A DNA stretch of 64,000 bases from an uncultured delta proteobacterium (lineage in GTDB: Bacteria; Myxococcota_A; Polyangia; Palsa-1104). The notes under the pieces are model-generated. The model was not told where the DNA came from and made no database searches. It saw only the letters and a list, made by a program, of their open reading frames with translations. Numbering within the stretch: position 1 is the first letter of the stretch; every line of letters begins with the position of its first letter. Location: assembly GCA_963785725.1 (NCBI GenBank), contig CAWAWS010000039.1, forward strand, positions 576,001-640,000, given 5' to 3'. Positions 31,646 to 41,406 of this stretch are shown one piece after another. Position numbers and translations under genes: made by a program.

Positions 31646-32164
31646 TCACGGCGTGCCGTATGCAGGCCTGCACAGCGTTCGCGTCTCGCTGCTGTCGAGG
31701 ACGCAGGCCTGGGGCCCGACGAAGACCGTCGGTCCGCCGAGGCACACAGCCTTCTCGCTGCCATCCCCGGTGAGCATGGCCACGAGCTCCTGCGTGGTCG
31801 AGCTGTAGACGGCCGTGATCGGCAGCTTCACGAAGGTCGTGCCGCCGTCGCCGTCGTCGTAGTAGTCGACGAGGATGTACTGCACGCAGAAGTTGATCAC
31901 GCCGGTCTGCTCGATGCAGCCGCCGTCGGACAGGCCCAGCGCCGCGAAGCTGCGAATGCAGAAGCCCGCGTGCTCGGCGCAGTAGTCGTCGAGCGTCGCT
32001 TGGCAGTCGAGGCGACCGTAGTCGCTCGCGGCGGCCAAGTCGATCGGGCCGCCGCCCGCGACGGAGAGGTCGAGCCCGCCGTCTTGCTTGTCGCCACCTC
32101 GGTTGTCGCCGCAGCCGGTGAGCATCACGAACGAGAGCGCGACGAACGGCAGCGCGAGCTTCAT
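31646..32164 (-). CDS. Cys-rich lipoprotein, hypothetical
   Basis: LTGC lipobox. Confidence 0.65.
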   Translation of the reverse strand: MKLALPFVALSFVMLTGCGDNRGGDKQDGGLDLSVAGGGPIDLAAASDYGRLDCQATLDDYCAEHAGFCIRSFAALGLSDGGCIEQTGVINFCVQYILVDYYDDGDGGTTFVKLPITAVYSSTTQELVAMLTGDGSEKAVCLGGPTVFVGPQACVLDSSETRTLCRPAYGTP

Positions 32165-32487
32165 CGCCCGACTCTACTGCTCAGGGCGAAACGGTGCTGC
32201 GCGGCGGATCACGCATCGTCATACGGCCGTTCCAATGTGGCTCGGCGGCGCCAGCTCGGTCGCTCGAAGCATCAGCCGCGAGGTCGCCCGACTGAGCGTT
32301 CCGGCGCCGGACACGGCCCTGACGCATCCGACGAAGCCATCGCGACCCAAGCCGACGACAAATGCGCGAGTGTCCGCTTGTGGGACGCGCGATTCTCGAA
32401 AGCGGGCAGCGCGCTCGACACCTGCCGTGTAATTCCGCCCACTTGACCTACCGTGCCCCTGGCACGGCGCTCGCTGTAGGGGACGGC

Positions 32488-34023
32488 GTGCATTCGTCCC
32501 TTCCGCCGGCGCTCGCCTGCGCCACCGCCGCGCTCGCCGTGGCATTTGCCGTCGCGCCCGCCGCCGTCGCCGCCGCCGAGCCGTCGCGCCCGCTGCCGCT
32601 CGGCGCCGCCATCGGCGAAGCCGTGCGCAACAGCCCGGCGCTCGGCATGTCCATCGCCGACTACCGCTCGGCCGAAGGCGCCGTGCTCGCCGCCAAAGGG
32701 CTCGACGATCCCATCCTCGACGGCACCGGCCTCTTCACCGAGACGCACCAAGTCGCGTCCAGCCCGGTGCAGCCCGGCACCGTCGACGACCTGCAGCTCG
32801 CGGTCGCGCTCACGCAGCCGCTGCCGACGGGCGGCCGCATCGGCCTCAAGCTCGGCAACGAGTACACGCGCGAGGCGCTCACCGGCACGCCGACGGTCGG
32901 CCTCGGCAGCACGCTGACGGCGGCCTCGGCGGTGGGTACGCCGCTGACGCTGTGGCAGCCGACACTGCAGCTGACGTTCACCCATTCGCTCCTGCGCGGC
33001 TTCGGCGTCGACGTCGCGCGCGCGCCGCAGCACAAGGCGCGCGTCCTGCTCGAGGCCGCCGGCAGCGTGCGCGGGGCGACGGCGGCGGCGCTCCTGCGCG
33101 ACGTCATCGCCGGCTATTGGGAGCTCTATTTCGCGCAGCATCAGCTGGTCGTGCGCCGCGTGCTGGCCGACGCCGCGCGCGAGCAGCTGCGCGTCGTGCT
33201 CGCCAACATCGACGTCGGGAAGCAGCAGCCGAGCGCCAGCGCCGAAGTCGAAGTGGCCATCGCCGCGCGTGACACCGATGCGCTCGCCGCCGAGCAGGAA
33301 TTGCTCGAGCGCGCCGTGGAGTTGGCGCGCCTCATGGGTCACGAGATCGACGCCGCCGCCGCTCAGTTGCGGGCCGCGGATGAGCCGCCGCGCGCCGCGC
33401 GCGTGCCACGGCTCGACGGCGTGCTGCAGGTCGCGCTCACCGGCAACCTCGACCTCCTGACCGCGCGCGCCAACTTGCGGGCGACGCGCGTCGACGCCGA
33501 GGTCGCGTCCAACGCGCGGCTGCCGCTGCTCGACGTCGGCGCCGGCGGCGGACCGGCCGGCATCTCCAGCAACTTGGGGCGCGCCTGGTCGATGCTCGGC
33601 CACTTCGGCGGCTACAGCGTGCAAGGCTCGCTCACGTTCCAACAGCCGACGCTCAATCGCGCCGCCCGCGGCAACTACGTCTCGGCGCGCGCCGCCGTGG
33701 GCAAGGCCGATCTCGACGAGACGTTGGTGCGCCAGCAGGTTCAGGCCAACGCCGTGCGGCTCGTCGCGGCCGCCGACAATGCGGCCCGTCGCCTGACGAT
33801 CCTGGCGCCGTCGATCGACTCGGCCAACCGCGATTTGGAGGCCGAGCGCGCGCGCTTCGCCGTCGGCCGTTCGACCAACTTCGACGTGCTGCGCCGCCAA
33901 GACGAAGTGGCCGACGTGCAGCTGCGCCAGCTGCGCGCCCGCGTCGACTACGAGCAGGCCATCGCCGCCGTTGACGCGCTGACGGGCGAAATTTTGCCGC
34001 GCATGGGAGTGAAGCTGCGATGA
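32488..34023 (+). CDS. TolC-family outer membrane efflux protein
   Basis: Two OEP-like repeats; ERARFAVGRSTNFDVL; first gene of the exporter operon. Confidence 0.85.
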   Translation: MHSSLPPALACATAALAVAFAVAPAAVAAAEPSRPLPLGAAIGEAVRNSPALGMSIADYRSAEGAVLAAKGLDDPILDGTGLFTETHQVASSPVQPGTVDDLQLAVALTQPLPTGGRIGLKLGNEYTREALTGTPTVGLGSTLTAASAVGTPLTLWQPTLQLTFTHSLLRGFGVDVARAPQHKARVLLEAAGSVRGATAAALLRDVIAGYWELYFAQHQLVVRRVLADAAREQLRVVLANIDVGKQQPSASAEVEVAIAARDTDALAAEQELLERAVELARLMGHEIDAAAAQLRAADEPPRAARVPRLDGVLQVALTGNLDLLTARANLRATRVDAEVASNARLPLLDVGAGGGPAGISSNLGRAWSMLGHFGGYSVQGSLTFQQPTLNRAARGNYVSARAAVGKADLDETLVRQQVQANAVRLVAAADNAARRLTILAPSIDSANRDLEAERARFAVGRSTNFDVLRRQDEVADVQLRQLRARVDYEQAIAAVDALTGEILPRMGVKLR

Positions 34024-35294
34024 GGGCCGCATTCGATCGACCGAGCAACATGGATCTGCCGCGCAAGCCTCGCCGGACGGGGCGGCGCATCGGCGTCGGC
34101 GCGGCGCTCGGTGTCGTCGCCGTCGTCGGTGTGACGTTGGCGCTGCATCAGCTGCGGGCGGCGGCGCCGATCGTCGAGCGCGCCGCCGTGCTCGTCGATC
34201 GCGTCGAGCGCGGCCCGATGCTGCGCGCCGTGCAAGGCGCCGGCTCGCTCGTGCCCGAGGACATTCGCTGGCTGTCGGCGACGTCGGGCGGTCGCGTCGA
34301 GCGCATTCGCGTGCGGCCCGGCGTCTCGGTCACCGCCGATACCATCCTCGTCGACATCGCCAATCCCGACGTCGAGCTGGCGGCGCTCGAGGCCGAGCGG
34401 CAAGTGGCCGGCGCCGGCGCCGAGCTGGCCAACCTGCGCGCCAAGAGCGACAACGATCGGCTCGGCCAGCAAGCCGTCGTCGCCGGCACGCGCTCCGATC
34501 TCGACGAGGCCACGCGTCGCGCCGACGCCGACGGCGCCTTGGCCAAGCGCGGCTTTCTGTCGGAGCTGGAGATGGCCAAGTCGCGCGATCAGGCGCAGAC
34601 GCTGGGCGGCAAGCTCGACATCGAGCGGCAGCGCTTGTCGGCGCAAGCGCGCGGCATTCGGGCGCAGATCGACGCGCAGGACGCGCAGCTCGGCCGGCTG
34701 CGCGCCATCGCCGATTTCCGCCGCCGCGCCGTCGAGCAGCTGCACGTGCGCGCCGGCGTCGACGGCGTCTTGCAGGAGCTGCCGCTGCAGGTCGGGCAGG
34801 TCGTGGCGCCGGGCGCGCTGCTCGCCAAAGTGGCCGATCCGACGCGCCTCAAAGCCGAAGTGCGCATCGCCGAGACGCAGGCCAAGGAGATTCGCGTCGG
34901 GCAGGCGGCGGTCATCGACACGCGCAACGGCACCGTCGCCGGTCGGGTGTCGCGCGTCGAGCCCGCGGTTACGGCCGGCACGGTCAAGGTCGAAGTGACC
35001 CCGACGGCGGCGTGGCCCGACGGCGCGCGGCCCGACTTGACGATCGAAGGCACCATCGAGCTCGAGCGCATCGCCGACACGCTGTTCGTCGGTCGCCCGG
35101 CCGTCGCCGACACGAACGCCACCGTGCAGCTGTGGAAGCTCGTCGGCGACGACGCGGCCGTCCGCGTGCCGGTGACGCTCGGCCGCATGTCGGTGCGCAC
35201 GATCGAGGTTCAAAAAGGGCTCGCGGCCGGCGATCGCATCATCATTTCCGATATGTCGCAGTGGGATAACCAGACGCGCGTGCAGCTGCGTTGA
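34020..35294 (+). CDS. efflux periplasmic adaptor (MFP/HlyD family)
   Basis: N-terminal TM; GRVERIRVRPG, VRAGVDGVL and GLAAGDRII motifs. Confidence 0.88.
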   Translation: MRAAFDRPSNMDLPRKPRRTGRRIGVGAALGVVAVVGVTLALHQLRAAAPIVERAAVLVDRVERGPMLRAVQGAGSLVPEDIRWLSATSGGRVERIRVRPGVSVTADTILVDIANPDVELAALEAERQVAGAGAELANLRAKSDNDRLGQQAVVAGTRSDLDEATRRADADGALAKRGFLSELEMAKSRDQAQTLGGKLDIERQRLSAQARGIRAQIDAQDAQLGRLRAIADFRRRAVEQLHVRAGVDGVLQELPLQVGQVVAPGALLAKVADPTRLKAEVRIAETQAKEIRVGQAAVIDTRNGTVAGRVSRVEPAVTAGTVKVEVTPTAAWPDGARPDLTIEGTIELERIADTLFVGRPAVADTNATVQLWKLVGDDAAVRVPVTLGRMSVRTIEVQKGLAAGDRIIISDMSQWDNQTRVQLR

Positions 35295-35323
35295 TTACGG
35301 GCCGATCACTAGTTGGAGAGAAC

Positions 35324-36016
<693 letters not shown>

Positions 36017-36030
36017 CGAAGGAGCCGACG

Positions 36031-38472
36031 ATGGGCACGCTCTTGCAAGACTTGCGTTATGGCGCGCGGGCGCTGTGGAACAACCCGGGCTTCACGCTCG
36101 TGGCGCTCTTGGCGCTGGCGCTCGGCATCGGCGCGACGACCGCGATTTATACGGTCGTCGACGGCGTGCTGTTGCGGCCGCTGCCGTTTCCCGAGCCCGA
36201 CCAGCTCGTCGACGTCAACTCGGTGCTGCGTGACGAGACGTCGCCGGGCTCGTCGTCGTCGTTCCTCGACGCGCAAGACTACGCGACGCGCAATCGCACG
36301 CTGAGCGGCCTGGCCATCTGGACGCGCGGGCAGATCGTCCTCACCGGCGGCGCCATGCCACAGCAAGTGCAGGCGGTCGAGTCGTCGCCCAACCTGTTCA
36401 GCGTCTTGGGCATCAATCCGGCGCTCGGGCGCAGCTTCGCCGCCGACGAGGCCAAGGCCGGCAGCCACGTCGTCATCTTGTCGTACAACGTCTGGCAGCG
36501 GCGCTTCAACGGCGCGCCCGACATCGTCGGCAAGAGCATCGGCCTCGACGGCGAGCCCCACGTCGTCGTCGGCGTGGCGCCGCGCGGCTTTGCCTTCCCG
36601 CTCGACTCGACGACCGACGAGCCCGAGGTCTACCTGCCGTTTCCGCGCACGCAGCCCGAGGTCGACAGCGCCAAGTCGCGCGGCTCGCACTTTCTGACGA
36701 TCGTCGCGCGCATGAAGCCGGGCGTCAGCGTCGCGCAGTGCGCCGCCGACCTGCGCACCGTCGTCGCCGGCATGCACCGCGACCATCCCGGCGAAGACGA
36801 GGACAAGTACCTGTCGGTCAAGCTGCAGTCGCTGCACGGCTCGCTGGTGGAGACGACGCGGGCGCCGCTCATCATGCTGCTGTTGGCCGTCGCCTGCGTG
36901 CTGCTCATCGCCTGCGCCAACGTCGCCGGCCTGCTCTTGGCGCGCGCGACGGTGCGGCAGCGCGAGATCGCCATTCGCACGGCGCTCGGCGCCGGCCGCG
37001 CGCGCATCGTCCGCCAGATGCTCACCGAGAGCGCGCTGCTCGGCCTCATCGGCGGCGGCGCCGGCGTTCTCTTGGCGATGTGGCTCGTCGATCTGCTGGT
37101 GGCGATGGTGGCGACCGGCCTGCCCGCCGTGCACGACCTCGCCATCGACGGGCGCGTGCTCGGCGTGACCTTCGCGCTCTCGATCGCGACCGGCCTGGCG
37201 TTCGGGCTCGTGCCGGCGCTGCACGCGTCGCGCTCCGACTTGAACGACGCACTCAAAGAGACGGCGCGCTCGAGCGCGCACACGCGCAGCCGCCGCGCGC
37301 GCAACGCGCTGCTCATGGGCGAGATCGCGGTGGCGCTGGTGCTGCTCGTCGGCGCCGGCATGACGCTGCGCAGCTTCGCCAAGCTGCAGCAGGTCGATCC
37401 CGGCTTTCGCATCGAGGACGAAGTGGTGGCGCAGCTGCATCTGCCCGACGGTCGCTACGGCAAGGACGAAGAGGCCGACGCCTACTATCGCAAGCTCACG
37501 CAAGCGGTCAAAGGGCTGCCGGGCACGGAGTCGGTGGCCATCGGCGCGCCCATTCCCTTTACGCACACCAACTGGTCGACGACGGTCAACGTCACCGGGC
37601 AGCCGGTCTCGCCCAAGCTGACGGACTCGATCATGTCGTCGGTGAGCCCGGAGTACTTCACGGCGCTGGGAATTCCGCTGCACTCGGGCCGCTTCTTCGA
37701 CGCCAACGACGACCATCCGAAGTCGGCGCCGGTGATCATCATCTCGCAGCTGTTCGCCGACAAGCTGTTCGGCAGCGCCGAGGGCGCCATCGGCAAGCAC
37801 GTCAACATCGGGCTCGGCGACGGGCCGCAAGGCACGTCGCTCGAGATCGTCGGCGTCGTCGGCGACGTGCGCACGCGCTCGCTGGAGAAGCCGGTGGCGG
37901 CGACGATGTACGTCGCGCTCGGGCGCTGGCCCATCGGCTTCATCGGCGTGGTGGCGCATACGAAGACGCCCAAAGTGGTGATGCCGCTCTTGCGTCAGGC
38001 GATGTTGACGGTCGACAAGGACCTGCCGCCGCCGCAGCTGACGACGATGGCGGAGCTGACGGCGACCTCCTTGCAGCGTCAGAAGATGCTCATGGTGCTG
38101 CTCGGCCTCTTCGCGGCGCTGGCGCTGGCGTTGGCGTCGATCGGCATCTACGGCGTCATGTCGTACACGGTGACGCAGCGAACGCGCGAGATCGGCATTC
38201 GCGTCGCGCTCGGCGCCGGCACCAACGACGTGATGCGCATGGTGCTCGGCGAGAGCTTGCGGCTGTCGCTGGTCGCCATCGCCATCGGGCTCGGCGTGGC
38301 GCTGGCGCTCGGTCGCGTCGTGCGTAGCCTCTTGTACGGCGTCTCGAGCAGCGATCCGTTGACGCTGATTCCGGTGACGCTGGTGATCCTCGGCGTGTGC
38401 CTCGTGGCCAGCTTCCTGCCGGCGCGGCGTGCGACGAAGGTCGATCCGATGGTCGCCTTGCGCTACGAATAG
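36031..38472 (+). CDS. ABC transporter permease (duplicated MacB/FtsX, ADOP type)
   Basis: QDLRYG.R.L, LLIACANVA, REIGIRVALGA and PARRA.KVDP.VALRYE motifs. Confidence 0.92.
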   Translation: MGTLLQDLRYGARALWNNPGFTLVALLALALGIGATTAIYTVVDGVLLRPLPFPEPDQLVDVNSVLRDETSPGSSSSFLDAQDYATRNRTLSGLAIWTRGQIVLTGGAMPQQVQAVESSPNLFSVLGINPALGRSFAADEAKAGSHVVILSYNVWQRRFNGAPDIVGKSIGLDGEPHVVVGVAPRGFAFPLDSTTDEPEVYLPFPRTQPEVDSAKSRGSHFLTIVARMKPGVSVAQCAADLRTVVAGMHRDHPGEDEDKYLSVKLQSLHGSLVETTRAPLIMLLLAVACVLLIACANVAGLLLARATVRQREIAIRTALGAGRARIVRQMLTESALLGLIGGGAGVLLAMWLVDLLVAMVATGLPAVHDLAIDGRVLGVTFALSIATGLAFGLVPALHASRSDLNDALKETARSSAHTRSRRARNALLMGEIAVALVLLVGAGMTLRSFAKLQQVDPGFRIEDEVVAQLHLPDGRYGKDEEADAYYRKLTQAVKGLPGTESVAIGAPIPFTHTNWSTTVNVTGQPVSPKLTDSIMSSVSPEYFTALGIPLHSGRFFDANDDHPKSAPVIIISQLFADKLFGSAEGAIGKHVNIGLGDGPQGTSLEIVGVVGDVRTRSLEKPVAATMYVALGRWPIGFIGVVAHTKTPKVVMPLLRQAMLTVDKDLPPPQLTTMAELTATSLQRQKMLMVLLGLFAALALALASIGIYGVMSYTVTQRTREIGIRVALGAGTNDVMRMVLGESLRLSLVAIAIGLGVALALGRVVRSLLYGVSSSDPLTLIPVTLVILGVCLVASFLPARRATKVDPMVALRYE

Positions 38473-38478
38473 AGGGTC

Positions 38479-39861
38479 ATGTCGCCAGCCCGCCGCCCGC
38501 GCCTGCTCATCGCCGACGATCAGCCCGACGTCATCGAAGCGCTGCGCCTGCTGCTCAAAGGAGCCGGCTACGACGTCGTCAGCGCCGGCTCGCCCGCCGG
38601 CGTCTTGCGCGCGGTCGCCGAGGAGGAGAACCTCGACGCCGCCTTGATCGATCTCAACTACACGCGCGACACGACGTCGGGCAAAGAGGGGCTCGATCTC
38701 CTCGACGAGCTCAAGCGCGCCGACGCGACCTTGCCCATCGTCGTCATGACGGCGTGGGGATCGGTCGAAGGCGCCGTCGACGCCATGCGCCGCGGCGCGC
38801 GCGATTATCTGGCCAAGCCGTGGGACAATCCGCGTCTGTTGGCGACGGTGCGCACGCAGGTCGAGCTCGGTCAGGCCTTGCGCGCGCGGGGTCGGCTCGA
38901 GGACGAGAACGCGCGCCTGAAGCGCCAGCAGCTGCCGTCGCTGATCGCCGAGTCGCGGGCGATGCAGCCGGTGCTGCGCATCTTGGAGCGCGTGGCCGCG
39001 TCCGACGCCAACGTGCTCATCACCGGCGAGCACGGCACCGGCAAAGAGGTGGCCGCGCGCTGGCTGCACGCAGCCTCCAAGCGCGCCGAGCAGCCCTTCG
39101 TCGCCATCAACTGCGGCGGCGTGTCCGAAGGCGTCTTCGAGTCCGAGCTGTTCGGCCACGTGCGCGGCGCCTTCACCGACGCGCGCTCGGATCGCCTGGG
39201 CAGCTTCGAAGCCGCCGACGGCGGCACGCTCTTCCTCGACGAGATCGGCAACATGCCGATGGCGCAGCAAGCGCGCCTCCTGCGCGTCCTGCAAACCGGC
39301 GAGTTCACGCCCGTCGGCTCGTCCAAGCTGCGCCGCGCCGACGTGCGCGTCGTGTCGGCGACCAACGTCGACATCGGCACCGAGATCGCCGCCGGCCGCT
39401 TCCGCGAGGACCTGCTCTATCGGCTCAACACCGTCGAAGTGCAGCTGCCGCCGTTGCGCGAGCGGCGCGAAGACGTGCCGCGGCTGGCGCTGCATATTCT
39501 GGCGCGCCAGGCGACGCGTTACCGCAAGCCCGTCGTCGAGCTGGCGCCCGATGCGATGGAGGCGCTCATCAACCACGGCTGGCCCGGCAACGTGCGCGAG
39601 CTCGAGCACGTCGTCGAGCGCGCGGTGCTGCTGGCGGCGGGAACGCGCGTCGAGCTGGACGATCTGGCGCTGAAGCCGCCCTCGCCGTCGCGGACGCCGC
39701 AGCTCGAGGACATGAAGCTCGACGAAGTGGAGCGCTATCTCATCACGAAGGCACTCAAGCGCGCCGGCGACAACGTCAGCGTGGCCGCGGCCGAGCTCGG
39801 CCTGTCGCGCTCGGCGCTCTATCGCCGGCTGGCGGCTTACGGCATTCGGGGCCACGAGTGA
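38479..39861 (+). CDS. sigma54-dependent response regulator (NtrC family)
   Basis: REC domain, GEHGTGKE, GAFTDA, WPGNVREL, Fis-type HTH. Confidence 0.93.
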   Translation: MSPARRPRLLIADDQPDVIEALRLLLKGAGYDVVSAGSPAGVLRAVAEEENLDAALIDLNYTRDTTSGKEGLDLLDELKRADATLPIVVMTAWGSVEGAVDAMRRGARDYLAKPWDNPRLLATVRTQVELGQALRARGRLEDENARLKRQQLPSLIAESRAMQPVLRILERVAASDANVLITGEHGTGKEVAARWLHAASKRAEQPFVAINCGGVSEGVFESELFGHVRGAFTDARSDRLGSFEAADGGTLFLDEIGNMPMAQQARLLRVLQTGEFTPVGSSKLRRADVRVVSATNVDIGTEIAAGRFREDLLYRLNTVEVQLPPLRERREDVPRLALHILARQATRYRKPVVELAPDAMEALINHGWPGNVRELEHVVERAVLLAAGTRVELDDLALKPPSPSRTPQLEDMKLDEVERYLITKALKRAGDNVSVAAAELGLSRSALYRRLAAYGIRGHE

Positions 39862-39888
39862 GCTCGCCCGGGCGAGCGCGGTCGCCCG

Positions 39889-41217
39889 GTGAGTAGGCGG
39901 CCGCGCGCGCGACTGACTTACGAGGCGCGGCTGGCGCTCTTGGCGTTGGCGGCGGGCCTGCCGGCGGTCGTGGTCGCGCTCTGGCTGTTGTGGCTGGAGC
40001 CGCACTCGGCGAAGGTGCAGATCACGCTGACGGTCATCATCGTGGGCGCGTGGGCGACGGCCGGGCTGCGCCTGCACGAAGCCGTCACCCAGCCGCTGCA
40101 GACGATCGCCAACCTCTTGGCCGCGCTGCGCGAAGGCGATTATTCGATCCGCGGTCGTCTCGGTCGCCCCGATGACGCGCTCGGTGAGGCGATGGCCGAG
40201 GTCAACGCGCTCGGCGATCGGCTGCGCGCGCTGAAGGTGGGCGCGCTCGAGGCGGCGGCGCTGCTCGATCGCGTGCTCGCCGAGGTCGACGTCGCCATCT
40301 TTGCCGTCGACGAAAGCGGAAAAGTGGCGCTGGCCAATCGCGCGGCCGAGCGGCTCGTCGGCGGCACGGCGTCACGCGGCGCGCGCGTCGTCGACCTCGG
40401 CTTGGGCGCGCTCGTCGAAGGCGCGACGCCGCGCATCGTCGAAGGCCCGCTCGCCGGCGTGCGCGGCCAGTGGGAGTTGCGCCGCACGACCTTTCGCCTC
40501 GACGGCAAGAGCCACGAGCTCGTCGTCGTCACCGACATGCAGCGGGCGCTGCGTGAAGAGGAGCGGCAGGCCTGGCAGCGCCTCGTGCGCGTGCTCGGTC
40601 ACGAGATCAACAACTCGCTGGCGCCGATTCAGTCGATCGCAAACTCGCTGCGGACGGCCGTGTCGTCGCCGCAGCGTCAGCCGGACGTCGACGAAGATCT
40701 GCGGCGTGGCCTCGAGATCATCGAGCGGCGCGCCGAGTCGCTCGGTCGCTTCATGCGCTCGTACGCGCAGCTGACTCGCCTGCCGCCGCCGCAGCTGGCA
40801 CCGGTCGAGATCGAGCCCTGGGTGCGGCGGGTGGCCGAGCTCGAGAAGCGGCTGCCGGTGCGCGTGGCCGGCGGCGAGGCGCTGACGATTCACGCCGACG
40901 CCGATCAGCTCGATCAGCTGCTCATCAACCTCGTGAAGAACAGCGCCGACGCGGTGTTGGAGGCCGGCGGTCAGCTCGTCGAGATCTCCTGGCAGCGCCG
41001 CGCCGATCGCCTCGAATTGCAAGTGCGCGACGACGGCTCCGGCCTGGCGGCGACCGCGAACCTGTTCGTGCCCTTCTTCACGACGAAGCCGGGCGGCCTC
41101 GGCATCGGCCTCGCGCTCAGCCGGCAAATCGCCGAGGCGCACGGCGGCACGCTGCACCTGTACAACCGCGTCGAGACGCGCGGCTGCGAGGCGCTGTTGA
41201 CGCTGTCGGCGCTCTGA
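39889..41217 (+). CDS. sensor histidine kinase
   Basis: 2 TM; HEINNSL H-box; N, D, F and G boxes. Confidence 0.92.
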   Translation: MSRRPRARLTYEARLALLALAAGLPAVVVALWLLWLEPHSAKVQITLTVIIVGAWATAGLRLHEAVTQPLQTIANLLAALREGDYSIRGRLGRPDDALGEAMAEVNALGDRLRALKVGALEAAALLDRVLAEVDVAIFAVDESGKVALANRAAERLVGGTASRGARVVDLGLGALVEGATPRIVEGPLAGVRGQWELRRTTFRLDGKSHELVVVTDMQRALREEERQAWQRLVRVLGHEINNSLAPIQSIANSLRTAVSSPQRQPDVDEDLRRGLEIIERRAESLGRFMRSYAQLTRLPPPQLAPVEIEPWVRRVAELEKRLPVRVAGGEALTIHADADQLDQLLINLVKNSADAVLEAGGQLVEISWQRRADRLELQVRDDGSGLAATANLFVPFFTTKPGGLGIGLALSRQIAEAHGGTLHLYNRVETRGCEALLTLSAL

Positions 41218-41406
41218 GGCGCGCATGACCGCCCGGCGGCGGCGGCTTCCGCCGCGTCTTTGACGCCGCCACCGCCCGCTCGTCGCTGCGACCGGTCGGA
41301 CACCGACGCCGATCGCGCGCCGCCGGTTGCCTGCGCGGCCGCGAAAGTTACGGCTTTGTAAAGCTCGCACGCAGACGCTGACCAGATCCGCAATCTCAGG
41401 CATGAT

